Shown piece by piece: positions 36,791 through 37,659 of a stretch of DNA of 37,659 bases. This DNA is from Octopus bimaculoides. Lineage: Eukaryota. A program made the translations under genes and the position numbers. Every line of letters begins with the position of its first letter. Within the stretch, counting starts at the first letter, position 1. The notes below the pieces were generated by a model. The model saw only the letters and a program-made list of their open reading frames with translations, was not told the origin of the DNA and did not search any database. The stretch spans positions 39,722,303 through 39,759,961 of the forward strand of contig NC_068986.1 in assembly GCF_001194135.2 (NCBI RefSeq). The letters run 5' to 3'.

Positions 36791-37584
36791 TATGTATGTG
36801 TGTACACACACATGCATACATGTATACGTATATTCACATTCGTTCGGACTCATTCGCTAGGCGACTTACTCAATCATCGGGCATATCAGGCAAAACCTAA
36901 ATCTTCAGTCAAAATTAATTTTATAAATATGACACTATTTTTAGTATTGAGTCTCCTCATCGGTAAATTACTATTGTTATTCTATGAATTATTTCAAAAT
37001 AATAACATTAGACAATTACATATACACATGCATTCATACGCACACACAGAGACATGTTTACATACATACACATACACATATAAGTAGGTAAATACGCAAC
37101 GAAACACAATCCAAAATAAATAAGCTAAAAAAAAATTACTTTATGCTGTTAGAGGGACTGAAATAACGTTATTTACTCAAATCCGAGTCGCTACTCGGAG
37201 TTTCTGGTTGCCGATCTTCAGGCGATTAACGTCATGGAATTTGAAGCCTGTTTTTATACATAGCAATCGGTTGTTTTCGGATTAAGTGATACGAAGATAT
37301 CCTAGGCGGGGTTTGTCGACTTCATGAGGGGATGAATGGAGAAGAAATAAAGAAAAAGACAATCATGAGATGTCGTGAGAAGAACAAGGAAAATAAAACT
37401 GAGAATGGAAAGAACAATAGTGAGGTGGGGGAATAGCATGTCCAAGAAACGGGGGGAAAGGCAAAGATTATGGAAGCGAAGAAAGAGATGTCGTAATAAA
37501 AGAAAACAGAAGAAATACAGAAATAAAATATTACCATCACCATCATCATTACCACATTGGCGATGACGACGACAACGGAAAAGA

Positions 37585-37659
37585 AGAAGGAGGAGGAGGT
37601 GGAGGAGGAGGAGGAGGAGAAGAAGAAGAAGAAGAAGAAGAAGAAGAAGAAGAAGAAGA
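37585..37659. repeat. (GAG)n(GAA)n microsatellite
   Basis: Read directly from the sequence. Confidence 0.97.

Noticed and set aside
37183-37210. Hairpin tccgagt-cgct-actcgga followed by CTGG, like a Helitron 3' end
   Set aside because: The 7-bp stem is expected by chance, spacing is atypical and no matching 5' end was found.

Overview
AT-rich, microsatellite-saturated eukaryotic genomic DNA from a draft scaffold with 7 N-gaps. The SINE/LINE repertoire and repeat style suggest an octopus (coleoid cephalopod); this is recognition from memory, not a database result. No complete protein-coding gene, RNA gene or CRISPR array is supportable, and nearly all ORF-track entries are microsatellite or N-gap artefacts. 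The window holds decayed mobile DNA: six remnants of R4/Dong-type restriction-like-endonuclease (RLE) non-LTR retrotransposons, an internally deleted AP-endonuclease (CR1/jockey-group) LINE, two mariner relics, a Tigger/pogo fragment, hAT MITEs (one with a perfect 8-bp TSD), a Helentron/DINE-1-like element with a 300-bp internal duplication, and about 12 copies of four tRNA-derived SINE families. A few + strand splice-site-bounded segments may be exons of an unidentified host transcript. The most interesting signal is that the RLE LINEs appear to fall into two lineages with different microsatellite targets. One set is stacked head-to-tail inside (TAA)n arrays, as known for Dong. The other has (TACA)n on both sides, a specificity I do not recall being described.
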